DNA from: Octopus sinensis
Lineage: Eukaryota
Direction: 5' to 3'
NCBI RefSeq assembly: GCF_006345805.1
Contig: NC_043004.1
Coordinates: 48,298,001-48,362,000, forward strand
Length of the DNA stretch: 64,000 nucleotides
Both the position numbers and the translations under genes were made by a program. This document shows positions 1 through 13,700 of the stretch, piece after piece (position 1 is the first letter of the stretch; the number at the start of each line of letters is the position of its first letter). The notes beneath the pieces were generated by a model that saw only the letters and a program-made list of their open reading frames with translations, did not search any database and was not told the origin of the DNA.

Positions 1-276
1 TTGTCAGTTGTTTGACTTTAACCAGTTGAGCATGTCCCTTGGTGGCTGAGGCTGATCACGAGCAGAAGTAGTGGGGGCGCATCGTAGTTATGTAATGAGA
101 GGAATTCTTTGGGGCTTGAATAACTCACTTCTGTAAACATAGGCATTTTATTCATCATCTATAAATAAATCGTATTGAAGGACCTGTTGAGCGGAATGGG
201 ATAGTCATGATGGGTATATTGGGCTTCGTATATTTGTACCCCAGTATCCTTTGATGGCATGCGCTGCTCTCTCACT
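1..276 (+). repeat. Remnant of an octopus interspersed repeat (3' portion), ending in a trinucleotide tail
   Basis: GATCACGAGCAGAAGTAGTGGGG...GTCATGATGGGTATATTGGGCTTCGTATATTT...GCTCTCTCACTC resembles a repeat I recall from octopus DNA and runs straight into a microsatellite tail; family not assigned. Confidence 0.35.
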
Positions 277-302
277 CAACAACAGCAGCAGCAGCAGTAG
301 CA

Positions 303-390
<88 letters not shown>
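277..390. repeat. Compound (AGC)n(AAC)n microsatellite
   Basis: Directly visible; explains ORFs 205..573 and 251..436. Confidence 0.95.
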
Positions 391-1247
391 AAGCAAAAGA
401 ATACTAAATCGTGAAAATTCATATTTTAAAATATAATTATCAAATACGTCTTTAAAACGGTTTGAGAATTTGAATCGAATATACAGGCAACTACCCGTAC
501 TTAAAGAGTTAATCGCGTATTTGAGGGAATAACAGATAATAGAAAACTTGAAGAACTTGCCGGTAATATACAAAAGAGATATTCAGAGAGCATAGAGTTT
601 AGATACACGTGATATATTACTGCTGGTGAATGAAGTTAGAATCATAGAAAAAGAACTAAGTTTCTGGTGAGTCGTGAGACGAACTAAAATTAAGAATGTA
701 AATGGTGAACTTTATGTTTATTAATATGGAAACCTGTTCAACTGAATCTATTTTAGATAGAAAGTGGAAACATTAAAATAGATGATTCGTGAACATTAAG
801 GAGGAAACAAAACTATATTTTCAATGATGTTTGGTTCTGGCAGACATCACTAGAATTATTGGAATTCCGTGTGGAATTATATAGAACCCGATAAAAGCTG
901 ATATAAGTTATTTGAAGCTGGCAATTGTTCTCTATTGGTCTGGGGAAATCTTGGTTCGGGATTCTGGCTGGAGATTGCTGCATTATTTTAGAAAATGGCG
1001 AATCTTATTTGCATTATAGGCAGGTAAGGTGAGTGTTTGAGCGTGTTTGTATATATATTCGTAATATATAGACAAATCTACACACACTTATACATACATA
1101 TATATATGTGTAATGTATATATATGTGTGTGTGTGTAATGTATATGTATATATATGTATATATATATATATATATAAATATATATATATATATTTATATA
1201 TATATATATATTATATATATATATATATATATACATTACACACACAC

Positions 1248-1506
1248 CGCGTGGCTGTATGGTAACAGCTTGCTTCACAACCACAAGGTTCCCAGGTTCT
1301 GTCCCACTGTGTCACCTCGGGCAAGTCTCTCCTACCATAGGTAGACGGAGAGTGAAAGAAGCCTGTCGTATATATATATATATAGTGTAATAAATAAAAT
1401 ATATGCATACATACAAACATATATGTACGTACCTACATCTACATGTATATATACATGCATATATAAATATATATACGTAAGTACAGGACACCACAAAAAG
1501 ACGTAG

Positions 1507-1553
<47 letters not shown>

Positions 1554-1958
1554 GTATATATATATGAATATGCATGTATGTATGTATGTATGTATGTATG
1601 TATGTATGTATGTATGTATGTATGTATGTATGTATGTATGTATGTATGTATATATATGTATGTATGTATATATATGTATATATGTATGTATGTATGTATG
1701 TATGCATGTATGTATGTATGTATGTATGTGTGTTTTTGAGCTTGTGTTTGTTCAGCCACCACACCACCACCACCACCATCACTTGACAACCGCTGTTGGT
1801 GTGTTTTCATCCATTCAGCAGAAGAGACCGATAGGATAAGTACCAGGCTTAACAAAAAATTAAGTACTGGGGTCGATTCATTCGACTTAAGAGTCTTCAA
1901 GATGATGCCCCATTATGGCGGCATTCTTATGACTGTAATAAGTAAAAGATAAAAGATA
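1248..1958 (+). mobile_element. tRNA-derived SINE, family A, with an expanded internal (TA)/(TATG) array
   Basis: Head GTGGCTGTATGG (A box) / GGTTCTGTCCC (B box), CORE-like GGGCAAGT, and 3' half TTGACAACCG...GGGGTCGATT...GACTG...AAGTAAAAGA matching the copy at 17364. Confidence 0.85.
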
Positions 1959-1959
1959 T

Positions 1960-1961
<2 letters not shown>

Positions 1962-2036
<75 letters not shown>
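1962..2036. repeat. (GA)n microsatellite
   Basis: Directly visible. Confidence 0.95.
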
Positions 2037-2038
<2 letters not shown>

Positions 2039-2221
2039 GTAACAGGTTATCTTAGTTTTTTTCTTTTATGTTACTTAAAGTATATATAACTATGGAAGCT
2101 TCACGGGGCAGGGAATTGCGGTTGAGTGAAAAATCGTTACTGACAGGTAAAGTGAAATGAGTATTCGAGAATCGAGAAACTCCGAGTGGCAACTCAGATT
2201 TGAATAAATAATAAATAATAA

Positions 2222-2420
2222 TTGTTTCCAATTTTGGCACAATACCAGTAATTTTGAAGGGGGGGGGAGTTCAGTCGATAAAATCAACCCCAGAACTAGA
2301 TTGATACTTTATTTTATCAACCTCGAAAAGGATGAAACACCATGTTAAGCCCCGCAAGATTTGTACTTGGAATGTAAGTAGTCGGAGGAAAAACTACTAG
2401 ACATTTTGTCCGGTACTCTA
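2222..2420 (-). mobile_element. tRNA-derived SINE, family B, degenerate
   Basis: Reverse complement resembles copies at 31914 and 36412 (TTTCATCC...GATAAAATAA...GTGCCAAAATTGGAAAC). Confidence 0.65.
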
Positions 2421-2731
2421 ACCCTGTCTGTATACATAAATTCTTTAATAATAATATTTTGGCAACTGAAAGAACGCGCAAGATTGGAGGCAATCACACA
2501 CACATACACACGCGCACGTGGTGGTGCTGACACACAAAATGATTTACTTACATATACATATGCATATTCATATGTATATATCTACGTAGGTATATATATA
2601 ATAAACCTTTACATATATAAATAACGTGAAATACACGAAGGGACGAACATAAGAGACAGACGGGTCATTCAAAGCCTTCGTTCTTCAGTCAGAAACCGAT
2701 TCCTCATCGCAGATTTCGGGTGTTTAATTCT

Positions 2732-2775
<44 letters not shown>

Positions 2776-3119
2776 TACACACTGGTACTTATTTTGTGTG
2801 TGTGCGTGCGTGCGTGTGTATATACACATACGCACAGTACTTACTCATGAAAATGTACACGCATATACCAGGTGATTTTTTTCTTCCTCTGTTCCTCACT
2901 GAGAACTTGCATTCAAAATTCTTCGAACTACAAAATACATAACTCGAAGAACAACAGCAACAATAACGTCAAGATTGGAAGAACAACAAAAAAAAAAAAA
3001 AAAAAAATAACACCCCGCCTCCAATCCCCTTCATAATGACGATTTTAAATGACGATCAAAACGTTGATTATAACATTATTGACAACAAAAACGGCGAGAA
3101 GGAGCAAAAATAATACCAC

Positions 3120-3153
3120 TATCATCATCATCGTCGTCATCATCATCATCATT

Positions 3154-3205
<52 letters not shown>

Positions 3206-3206
3206 C
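3120..3206. repeat. (CAT)n microsatellite
   Basis: Directly visible. Confidence 0.95.
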
Positions 3207-4436
3207 CAGTAGCAATGGCGACAGAATGTATCGTGAAGCATGTGGAAGCAATGACAAACGCTATGCACCCCATTATTTCTACAAATGTTGCACTATCGCC
3301 ATTGATACAAAATATTCCTTTAATCATGTAATGTTCACTTATGAAATTAGATAAAATGACAGCAATAACTGCACCAGCCTTCGCCAACCAACTATTCCAT
3401 TGACATATGCACATAAGTGTATATTCCGTTGCACTGACAGACACACACCTTTGTATATATATATATATATATATATATATAACCACATACGTATGTATAT
3501 TGAGAGGCTTAATCACACCGAAGAATATCCTAGCAGATGTGTGTTTATATATGGCTGTGATGCTGAGATGAAGTGTCTGCAAGAATCGATAAATGATGCC
3601 AAGAATCCAGAGGAAGAAAGAAGCCGTAAATGACATAAAATAAAATAGATCGGTCCCTTCCCACTTGCTCCACGTTTTCCTCACCAGACGAAATCTAATA
3701 AACAGACGGTACAAAGGAGGTTGAAATATTTGGAGAAGTCGACTGTTATTTTCCTCACATAAGAGCAATGAGGTTGGTGGTCGGGCGGAGTTGTGAGGGG
3801 AAAGCGGATGGTTAGAATGTTGAAACGCGTAAGCTCTAGTTATGATCGTGGGATTTTGGCGGTGGCGGTAACGACAGTGGCGTAGGGTTGACGTTCAGGT
3901 GGGGGTATGGTAGTGGCATTTAGAAAAGATGGTGGTAGTAGCAGTAGTGGTGGATGTAGGAGTTGTGGTGGTGGTAGTGGTGGTGGTGGTGGCATTAGTA
4001 TTTAGGGATTTTTATCGGTGGTCGTGGTTGTGGGGGTGGTGGTATTTAGCTGTGGATGTTATAGAGACAACGGTATTCGTAATATAGTTGACGGTGTGGT
4101 GGTTCGTTATAGGGGCGTTGATGTTAGGGGCTGAGAATTGTTAGAATAGGGGATAAGAATAAAAATAAACAAAATAAATAAGTATAGTAAAATATTGCAA
4201 AAAATAAAAAAAAGTAAGTGATGAGAATTTGTGTGTGGTGAAGGGGAAAAATATATTACATGTAGAGGCAGTGACTGTATGATAGCGGGAGGGATATATA
4301 AATGGGGGGGGGGGTTACAGGAGAAGAAAAAGGGGGTGAATTAATTAAAATGAAAGAAGATTCGAGGAGAAAAATAGTAGATTAACTGCATATATAAATG
4401 AAATCGTGGACACCACAGACGTACAGACAGACAGGC

Positions 4437-4468
<32 letters not shown>

Positions 4469-4685
4469 TGACATACATACACGTACACGCGCTGCACACA
4501 CACACGCACGCATTTACACACAAACACACACGTATTTGTATGTCCACACATACACTCAAATATCTGCGCGCGCGCACACACTCACACACGGACGAATAGA
4601 CAGACAGACAGACAGACTCAATTATTTATTGATTTACTCCATGTCAAGGAATCAGTTCGTCATAAATCAGTTTCTCGCCAAACCG

Positions 4686-4732
<47 letters not shown>

Positions 4733-4842
4733 TTGTATGTGCGTGTGCACGTATGTGTATGTATATCTATATATCTATGTACATATAGCATATATATATG
4801 TATATATATATATATATATATGTGTATATATGTATATATAAA

Positions 4843-4896
<54 letters not shown>

Positions 4897-5869
4897 TATA
4901 TATATTTATAGATATACATACACACACGCATATATATATCTATATCTATCTATCTATCTATCTATATCTATATCTATCTATCTATATATATATATATATA
5001 TAATATATATACGCATACGTGACTGTTGTAGATAGACAAACAGGTAGACACATGTACACACATGCATATATACACGCAGACATAAACGTATACAAAGAGA
5101 AAGGGAGAGAGAAAGAGAAGACAGGGGAAACGAATCAAAAAGTGTGTGTGTGTGTGTGAACTGAATTGCATATACAAACCTAAAGAAGAAATCCTACCTA
5201 GACGAACATAGAACAATCTGACTCTAGAGGAGCGAACAAGTTGTCTGTCAACTGTTTTATAGTTTTTGTTCTGTACTGAAGAAGACATCAATGTTTAGAG
5301 ATGAGAGAAATGAGACGTGCTTGAAGTATGGGAGCCCAAATTTTGTGCAGTTTTGTGGCCATCTTCAGAAGGATTTTACTAAGAAAGTAACGCGTCACGG
5401 CTGATTTCATTCATAAGTAAAATGAAGCTTTAACGAGAAAGAAACCGAATATTGTTCGATTATTCTATAGCTATGGTTGGCTTAACTTGAAAGTAAAAAA
5501 AAGAAATAATAACATAAGAGACTGCTATAACCCCTCCCCCCACCGGCCCCACCAAAGGTTATTAATGATCAACCAGACATTCTTCAAATGCTCAAAAGGC
5601 AGGATTAGTGATAAGATGTATATGAATGGAAGACAACTGCACTGATGATAGCCGTAACGTGTTTGTGTGTGTGCGCCCGCGTGTATGTAGGAGTGTATAT
5701 TATATATATGTGTGTATATATATATATATCTATATATATATCTATATATACATCAATATATATATATATACATACATCACCACACACACACATATATATA
5801 ACACACTCATACATACAAGAAACACACTCTCTCTCTCCACACCACATATATTATATATATATATATATA

Positions 5870-5910
<41 letters not shown>

Positions 5911-6107
5911 GGAGATGTACTTGCATAGCAAGTGACCTGATCTGAGATCGTGTGCTGGAACGAAAACAATTGTAGCGTGGAAGGTGTTTATAAGCCATTT
6001 AAGAAACACGCAAAAACCTTTAGATTCACTTCAACATTTAAATCCACGCTGTAATTGTTTAATATATATATATATTAATATATATATATATATAACATAT
6101 ATATATA

Positions 6108-6149
<42 letters not shown>

Positions 6150-6660
6150 GTGTTCACGCACCCATACAAAATACCTGTGTCTATGTGTGTATGCTCGTAC
6201 AAGATAACTTCCCTCATACATATATATTTATTGTTTAGCCATTGGTGAATTTTAACGACGTTGGTTAGAAGTTTCCGGTGATGGGGCAGTTAATGGTTCA
6301 CTGTATTTGTGACAAGTGTGACAAGACAAATGAGTGCCTGTAACTCGGTGGAGAACAAATATCGAAAGGGACATTATTTGAAAAGCTTTCAGTTTTCTCA
6401 CCAATGTTCTCATTCATCGCTAATGTGCATAAGATCTACTTGGCTTATTCTTATTGCATATACAGAGCATATTCTATGCATTGGATACTATATTCTGAAC
6501 TTTAAATGTTGCAATGAACTCACTGGGCATTGTGGCTTGTACTTCAAATTTGTATTTGATACCCGCATTTGGCACCTATGTGCATGCAGCATGAACTTCG
6601 TATCTGCCAGCTGGCATTGTATTATATTGTATTATATTTCATTGTACTGTGGATCTAGAC

Positions 6661-6879
6661 CAGTGGTTTTCAACCAGGGTTCCGCGGAACCTTAGGGTTC
6701 CGCCAGTACAGTCCAGGGGTTCCGCAAGAAGTTACAAAACTGATAAAATCGGCAGTAATTTTTAATTCTCCTGTGCAGATATGTGTGCATAAGACTATTA
6801 AATTATTGCACAGGGGTTCCTCGAGCCAGTGGAATGTTTCCTTGGGGTTCCGCTCCAGCAAAAAGCTTGAAAAGCACTG
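6661..6879. mobile_element. hAT (Charlie-type) MITE, 219 bp
   Basis: TIRs CAGTGGTTTTCAA / TTGAAAAGCACTG; perfect 8-bp TSD ATCTAGAC (6653-6660 and 6880-6887); second copy at 32618. Confidence 0.95.
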
Positions 6880-7632
6880 ATCTAGACAATCTTCAATACC
6901 CGAGCGTTTAATCTGTACGAGATAACATTGAAGTACTGTATAATTCATGGTGATGTTATTATCCCTGGTAAACACGAACGTGTGATATCAAAAATCAACA
7001 TGTGCTACTCTGGGACTCTGAAAATAAATAGTGCACGCGGTGCGTCGCCAAGAACAGTGAGTATCAAAACCTGTAAACTCAAAACTGTCTAAAGAGCTTC
7101 TGGCAGAACATTTTTGATATTGGTCTAGACATTTGGGTTTCTGCGTCCCTGTCTCCTTCTTTCAATGCCAGCTCATTTCCCTGTAATACTTAAAGGCATC
7201 TCATGATTCACTGCTTCTCTTTCCACCCATTTCCAGCTTTCCCCCCACAACGACTACTATTCTACAAGGCTCGTTGCATTACTAATTTCTAAGAAATGAA
7301 TTAACATTGTCAACCCAGTCACTACCCGCCTATCGCTCTCCCCCTTTCACTTTTCTGCTTCTATTTCACTGTTGACTCATGGCTAAAGCTTTGCATGTAC
7401 TGTAATGCCAGTTGATGGCCAGCCAATCATACATTCCTGTCTATCGACTGTCCAATCGTGCAATCAATCGAATACTTCTGTCGATCTACTGTTACGGAAT
7501 GTTGTCTGATAATTTTTTCCCTTTATCTATTCTGTCCGATGAGCCAGTTAGATACCAGAAAAATTCCAGAGTAACAGAGAACTGGTCTCATTGCATTTAT
7601 GATATATTTTTAACGCTTACATGGACCCCTTA

Positions 7633-7853
7633 GGCGTGGCTGTGTGGTAAGAAACTTACTTCCCAACCGCATAGTTCTAAGTTCAGTCCCGCTGCGTGGC
7701 ACCTTCGGCGAATGTCTTCTAGGTGCAGGCGTGGCTGTGTGATAAGAATGCTGCTTCCCAGCCACATGGTTCACGCTTCAGTCCTCCTGCGTAGCACCTT
7801 GGGCAAATGACTTTTGCTGTAGGCCTCGGACCTATATATATATATATATATAT

Positions 7854-7901
<48 letters not shown>

Positions 7902-8178
7902 TGTGTGTGTTGTGTGTGGTGTGTGTTGTGTGTGTATGTGTGTGTGTGTGTCTCTTTGTTTCCCCACTATCACTTGACCACCAGTGTTGGTGTCCTTGCG
8001 TCCCCGTAAACTAGCGGTTCGGCAAAAGAGCCCGATAAAATAAGTATCAGCTAAAAAAAAAAAAAACAGGAAAAAATAGAAAAGAGAAGTCCTGGGGTCG
8101 ATTCATTCAACTAAAAAAAAATACCCAAGGCAGCACCCCGGCATGGCTACCATGTAATGACTGAAACAAAAAATAGAT
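7633..8178 (+). mobile_element. SINE family A with a tandem duplicated tRNA head
   Basis: Head 1 at 7633-7720 and head 2 from 7722 (both GGCGTGGCTGTGTG..TAAGAA), then a microsatellite and the 3' half at about 7950-8178. Confidence 0.85.
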
Positions 8179-8209
8179 AATAGATTATATATATATATAT
8201 AAAAATTAA

Positions 8210-8910
8210 ATTAGCGATAAAACCACTATTAGGCAACTCAAACAGTGATAGACATAAACCAATACATAAATAACAAAAAGTATAAATATAATTAATATAA
8301 TATAATATATATATATATAAAAAATAAAATTTTAATTTTAAATTTTATATTTTATATATATATATATATTATATTATATCAATTATATTTAGTGCATTCA
8401 ACGTATCTCACTTCCAAAGATTTGGGTGATAATTATATTTATATTTTTTGTTAATTATATATTGGTTTATGTCTATCACTGTTTGAGTTGCCTAATAGTG
8501 GTTTTATCTCTAATTTTATTTATATTTGATTTAATCCTAAATATAATTTTTCCCTGTAAGTTTGGATATATTCCCTAATATTATAATATATATATATATA
8601 TATATACAAAGCTACCCATGACCCGTTGGGTCATCGGGAAACTCTGAGTTTCTCAGTAACGGAGTTTTGTTTCGTGTTTTTTTTCTTTCCCAGGCTATTT
8701 CGAATGCTTTCAACGAATGTGACATCGAAATTACGCGTAAGCGACTCTTTTCCCCAGAAAAGGAAAGATTTGGATGCTATTTCTTGCATGCCCTGCAACC
8801 ACGTAACAGGTATTTCGGGTCCTTTATTGCAAATAGTTATTACGTAGTAGCAGGGCGTGCTAGAAATATCACCCAAATCTTTGGAAGTGAGATACGTTGA
8901 ATGCACTAAA
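8210..8910. repeat. Interleaved inverted repeats (55 bp and 43 bp), probably Penelope-associated terminal sequence
   Basis: 8210-8264 is the reverse complement of 8460-8514 (1 mismatch); 8388-8430 is the exact reverse complement of 8868-8910; related sequence recurs at about 14738-14850. Confidence 0.85.
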
Positions 8911-9127
8911 AAAAAAAAGACCTATGGAAAAAATCTATTTCACACTGAGGTAACGAACGGGTCTTTTACGAAATATTTACCGTATTTTTAAAGTCATTTG
9001 CACTTAAAATATTTTTCAAGTATGCAAAAAAATTTTCTTTGTAATTTTATTCACTTGAAAATAATATTTAAAAACATTAAAATATTGTCTGTTTAAAGTA
9101 AGCTAAAATATAAATATTTACTGTACA

Positions 9128-9980
9128 TCATCATCATCATCATTGTTCGACCGTGGTCGAGACAATGGAATTTACCATGCTACGCCAGACTTCACGGTCC
9201 ATCATGGCATTACGGAGGTCCTGTTGCTGGATGCCTGTATCCCTGGAGATTACATCAGGGTAGGAGAGTGTGCGCCCTCTGGTATTGCGAGTAGATGGCT
9301 TCCAGAGGAGAAGAGCAGAAATTACCTCTTTTTCAGCTCTACAACAACGTCCAGCAAACTGGACTCTCTTACCTTTCACAAGAGATGATACAGGTGGTAG
9401 TTTCCCATATATTTGCATTTTGGTTTGGATGGCGCTTCCACGAAGATTTTGAGCTCTCATAAGGAGGCGAGTGTAGGTTCCATCCAACCGCCTCTCAAGC
9501 TTCTTTGATAACGTCCAGGTTTCTGAGCCATATAGTAGAATTGGTTCAACTGTGGCTTTGAAGATTTCAATTTTGAAGTCTCTACTTAGATTTGATGACC
9601 AGATCTTATGCATATCATTACAGGCTGACCAGGCCATACCCTTTCTAGTTAGAAAGTCTTTTCCAGATGATGATATGTATGACCCAAGATATTTGTAATC
9701 AGAAACCATATTTAAGGGCGCATTGTTGAGAGTATGGATGATGCAATCACTGTTGGACAGGCACTTGTTTATGTATTCAGTCTTGGCCTCATTGAGGTAA
9801 AGACCTACACAATTTGAGGCTTGTTCAAGAGATTGTAAAAGAGACTGGGCATTGGAGAGAGAATCACTGATAAGAGCGATGTCGTCAGCAAAGTCAGTGT
9901 CTGTCAAGTACTCAGCTGGGTATCTGGAACTTCTTCTTGGTTTTATTTCAAAGCCCTTGCCAGAGATGGTATCAACTGAC
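9128..9980 (-). mobile_element. 5'-truncated RTE-clade LINE, young, with an open RT C-terminal frame
   Basis: 280-aa ORF with YLTDTDFADDIAL (RT YxDD-type motif), YKYLGS and LLYGSETWTL; (ATG)n tail on the minus strand; perfect TSD ATTTACTGTACA at 9116-9127 and 9981-9992. Confidence 0.95.
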
Positions 9981-10779
9981 ATTTACTGTACAAACAACTT
10001 ACATTTTTGGAATCGCATTTATTTAGAAATATTTCTAAATGTCTAAAATATTGTGTTTAACAAAAGCGAAAATAGAAACGTTTACTGTAAAAAAAAATCG
10101 TATGTTTTCGTTGTGAAGTCACTGTGTCTAATCGAAATGTAAGAGTTTGTTCCCTTTCAGGGTTAAGATTATTTTCAGAATATTTTCCCAATATACACCG
10201 TTTTGGGAATTTATACCCCGGAAACATCTAATATCTTATGAACCACTTGTCCGATTTACGCGAAACTTGTTCTATTCCGTTCGTATTAACATTTCAGGGT
10301 AACTTAATTCATAATATTTTCCCATTATGCGCCAGTTTGGGTGGGTAGCATTGCAAGCAAGTAAGTTTCAAGCTGACTTTTAATGTATTATATATATATA
10401 TATATCATTGTTCCTTGTAGTGCACTTAATTTCTCGAGATCTTCTCAATTCTTTCCTTTTAAACCTTAATACAATAATGCAGTACGTATGTGTTAAACGT
10501 TGTCTCTTCTGTGTTGACATTAACATTGCTCTTCCCTTTATTGTTCATTATGTTCACAATATATATATACTTGTATAATTGTATACTCTAGGGAATATTT
10601 GCAGTTCTGAATAGGAACAAGGAACTACCCAACAAGTGGAGCTTACAAGTACCAATATCTCTTTATACGTGAGTACTATGTTATTCGAATGTTGTGGATA
10701 GCCTGTATCTATACCATTTTATGAGATAATTCGACATCCACCAGGAAACATTTACCCCTTTTATACTCTTTTCAATGTA

Positions 10780-13700
10780 ACTCCCGTTTGTTTTAAAGAG
10801 CGAATAAGGCGGTGTACCAGAGAATGGAGAGAATTAATATCGACGCATCCGTTGAAGATATTCGAATACCGCCAAAGAAAGAATATATTAAAGATCTTTT
10901 CTTCAAAGTCAACATATAGATTGAGATGACCGGCGTACTTCCATGACAAGAAAGAGGAAAACCCTAACAACGCAACAGATGAACAGATATAGGGATTTTT
11001 TAAAACGAGGAAATATCCACCACCAAACCTACATCGAGCTGACTTTGAAGATGAATGATGGAATATTGTTAGGAATATTGAATTCTGTTAACTCTCACTA
11101 AGAAGAAATAAGCACATCCAGAAACTATACTCCCTAACTAAGGATCTCAAGTAAAAATAAGGAATTTTAGTACACGCGGATAAAACAGGTAACTTGCATC
11201 ATTTAAAAACTTAATCTGCAAGACAAAGGTATTATAAAAATATTATTTAGCAGATAAAACTGAACCTCACGAGCCTAAAACCCCTAGAATTAATCATAAG
11301 GACCATAATCTTAACTTTTACACTAACCCTACTGTTAAACTCATTTGTCCTTAAGCTTAAACTATGGTCTAGTTCGTATGACTGGTTTTCTAAAATCCTA
11401 GATAAAAATAAGACAAGATTCATGCAAATCGACATATCTAACTATTACGTTTCAATTAATCTTATCCTCTTAAATCAGATGCTTATGTTTGCTATGAAAA
11501 ACTCTTTGTAGACATTATTTTAGCGGTTAGGAAATCAATTATAAAATTTGAGGGAAAGTACTGGGCGAGAAAGTATAGACCAGAGATGTTCGATATAACT
11601 ATGGGATCCACAGACTCTGCACAAGTAGCAGACTATATAGGGATGATGCACTTTTCACCGTTTAATCCCTCAAACCGGGACAGAAAAATATAGGAAAAAA
11701 ATGTTTAGGTTCTTTAAAAACACAGGACTCAGTATTTATAGAAGGGGAATATAACTAAGTTAACTTTTTTGATGTTAATTTAGATCTAAGTTCAGGTATA
11801 CATAGGCCTTATCATAAACCTAATACAAACCCTAGATACATTCATAAAAATAACATCCACCCAAAAAGTATAATCGGATCAATAATAGAAAATATATCAA
11901 TCCAAATCAACAAACTCTCAGCGAACGAGGAAGTATTTAAACTTAATGAAGACTTTTATGATTTTGCATTAGAGAAAGCAGGATATAGAGAAAAATTAAA
12001 ATTCCTTAACGGTAGTAATAGTACAAATAGTATAAGTAGCGAGATGGACCATACTATCAATAATCATGATAGTAAGGTTAATATGGAGAGCACCACTAAT
12101 CAAATAGAACAGACAGTAAGAAGAGTAAAGGATAAGAAATCTGTTCATTTAGAATATAACAATAGAGTTCTTAGAAACAAAATGAAGAATACAAATTTAC
12201 TTGAATATGTGCAAATAAAGTACAAAGTAGCTTAGAGACCTACTAAGAGGTCCTATTCAGATAGTGTAGGTAAACAATACATAAACTCTATAAATAGTAA
12301 TATATACACGATTGACAAATATAATGTCAAATATAACAGCAAATGTCGTAATAAGAACCAGATAAGGAGATTACACACATTTACAAAAAGCTTAACAAGA
12401 AATAGAAATACATATCTTAGTAACATGGATACCTCTAGCTATATCGAATGGTATATAATTCCCTTCGGGAAACAAATAATTTCCAATATACCGAAATTGT
12501 TTTATTCGGCATTGACTAAACATTTTCCAAAAAGCAGTAAATACTGCAGGGTTTTTAATAAAAAAATCAGATTAGATTAGCTTTCTGTAATAGCAAAAAT
12601 CTAGCACAAATTATAGCTGCACACAACGATAGCAAATTTAAAGGTTTCCATATGAGTTGTAGCAATAATATAATAGTAACCAGAATTATAATTATAGATC
12701 AATAAATAGCAACAATGTCAACATGAGCGGACAAACCGTAGGTAACATAGCTGGGTACCAGGATTGAAACTATGGTTTGACAATCAATGGAGTTGAAGAG
12801 ACTCGAGGGAGCTCCACAGTTGGCCTGGAAGTAGTGAATATGAAACCTAGAGGGCAAAGTACTCGGAGTGTTGTCTCTGTGGAGAGGACTAATAGCATAG
12901 AAGATAGACAGGAGAATACAAAAATCACATCTAGAATAGGTGAAGTGGATGATAGTGATGGAAGTACTAGAACTCTTAGTTGCGATCGTGCGAAGTACAG
13001 GGTCTGTCCGCTTGGCTCTGATTGTAAACATAAAAATATTGTATACAGATGTAAGATTACCTCAGAGAATAGAGAATATTTCTATATAAGAGCTAGCACA
13101 TGTTATATTGAGTAGAGAATTTCCAATCATTTAAGTTCGTTTAGAAATAGGGACAAAATCAATACTACCAGCCTCAGTAAGCTTATTTGGGCACTTAAAG
13201 ATGGTAACAAAGTATTTTCGATTGCTTGGAGAATTATTAGTAAAGCAAAACCTTAAAGAATAGGCGATAATGAATGTAACCTTTGTGTAGAGAAAATGTA
13301 CTAAATTTTCTTTTCTAAATATACTATTATAAACAATAGACAGGAACAGACTATGAGATGTACACATTGGATTAAATATACGTTTAAACGATTTAAAGAA
13401 ACATAAATTACCATCTATAGTAATTATACAAGTTAACATAATGATTGTGATAATTAATGATATTTTTGCAAATAATACTAAAATGATTTTAGTAGTAATA
13501 ACAATAACAATATTCATTGAGGTTATAAACCTAAACATAAGTGAAATTACCTCTGAATAAATAATGTACTCCATTCAGTAAAATATAAACAAAACTTCTA
13601 CAACTGATTGTTATATGAATGAGCATTTTTATAAACCACGATTCAACTGTAATACGAGTAGAGGTGATTATTAGACTAGAATTCAATTTGATTTAAAAAG

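Noticed and set aside
5890-6045. CTGAGA...GAAAAC AATT GTA, a hammerhead-like string in a probable octopus repeat (similar weak cases near 8950 and 25030)
   Set aside because: Core boxes are incomplete and no stem I or II can be drawn
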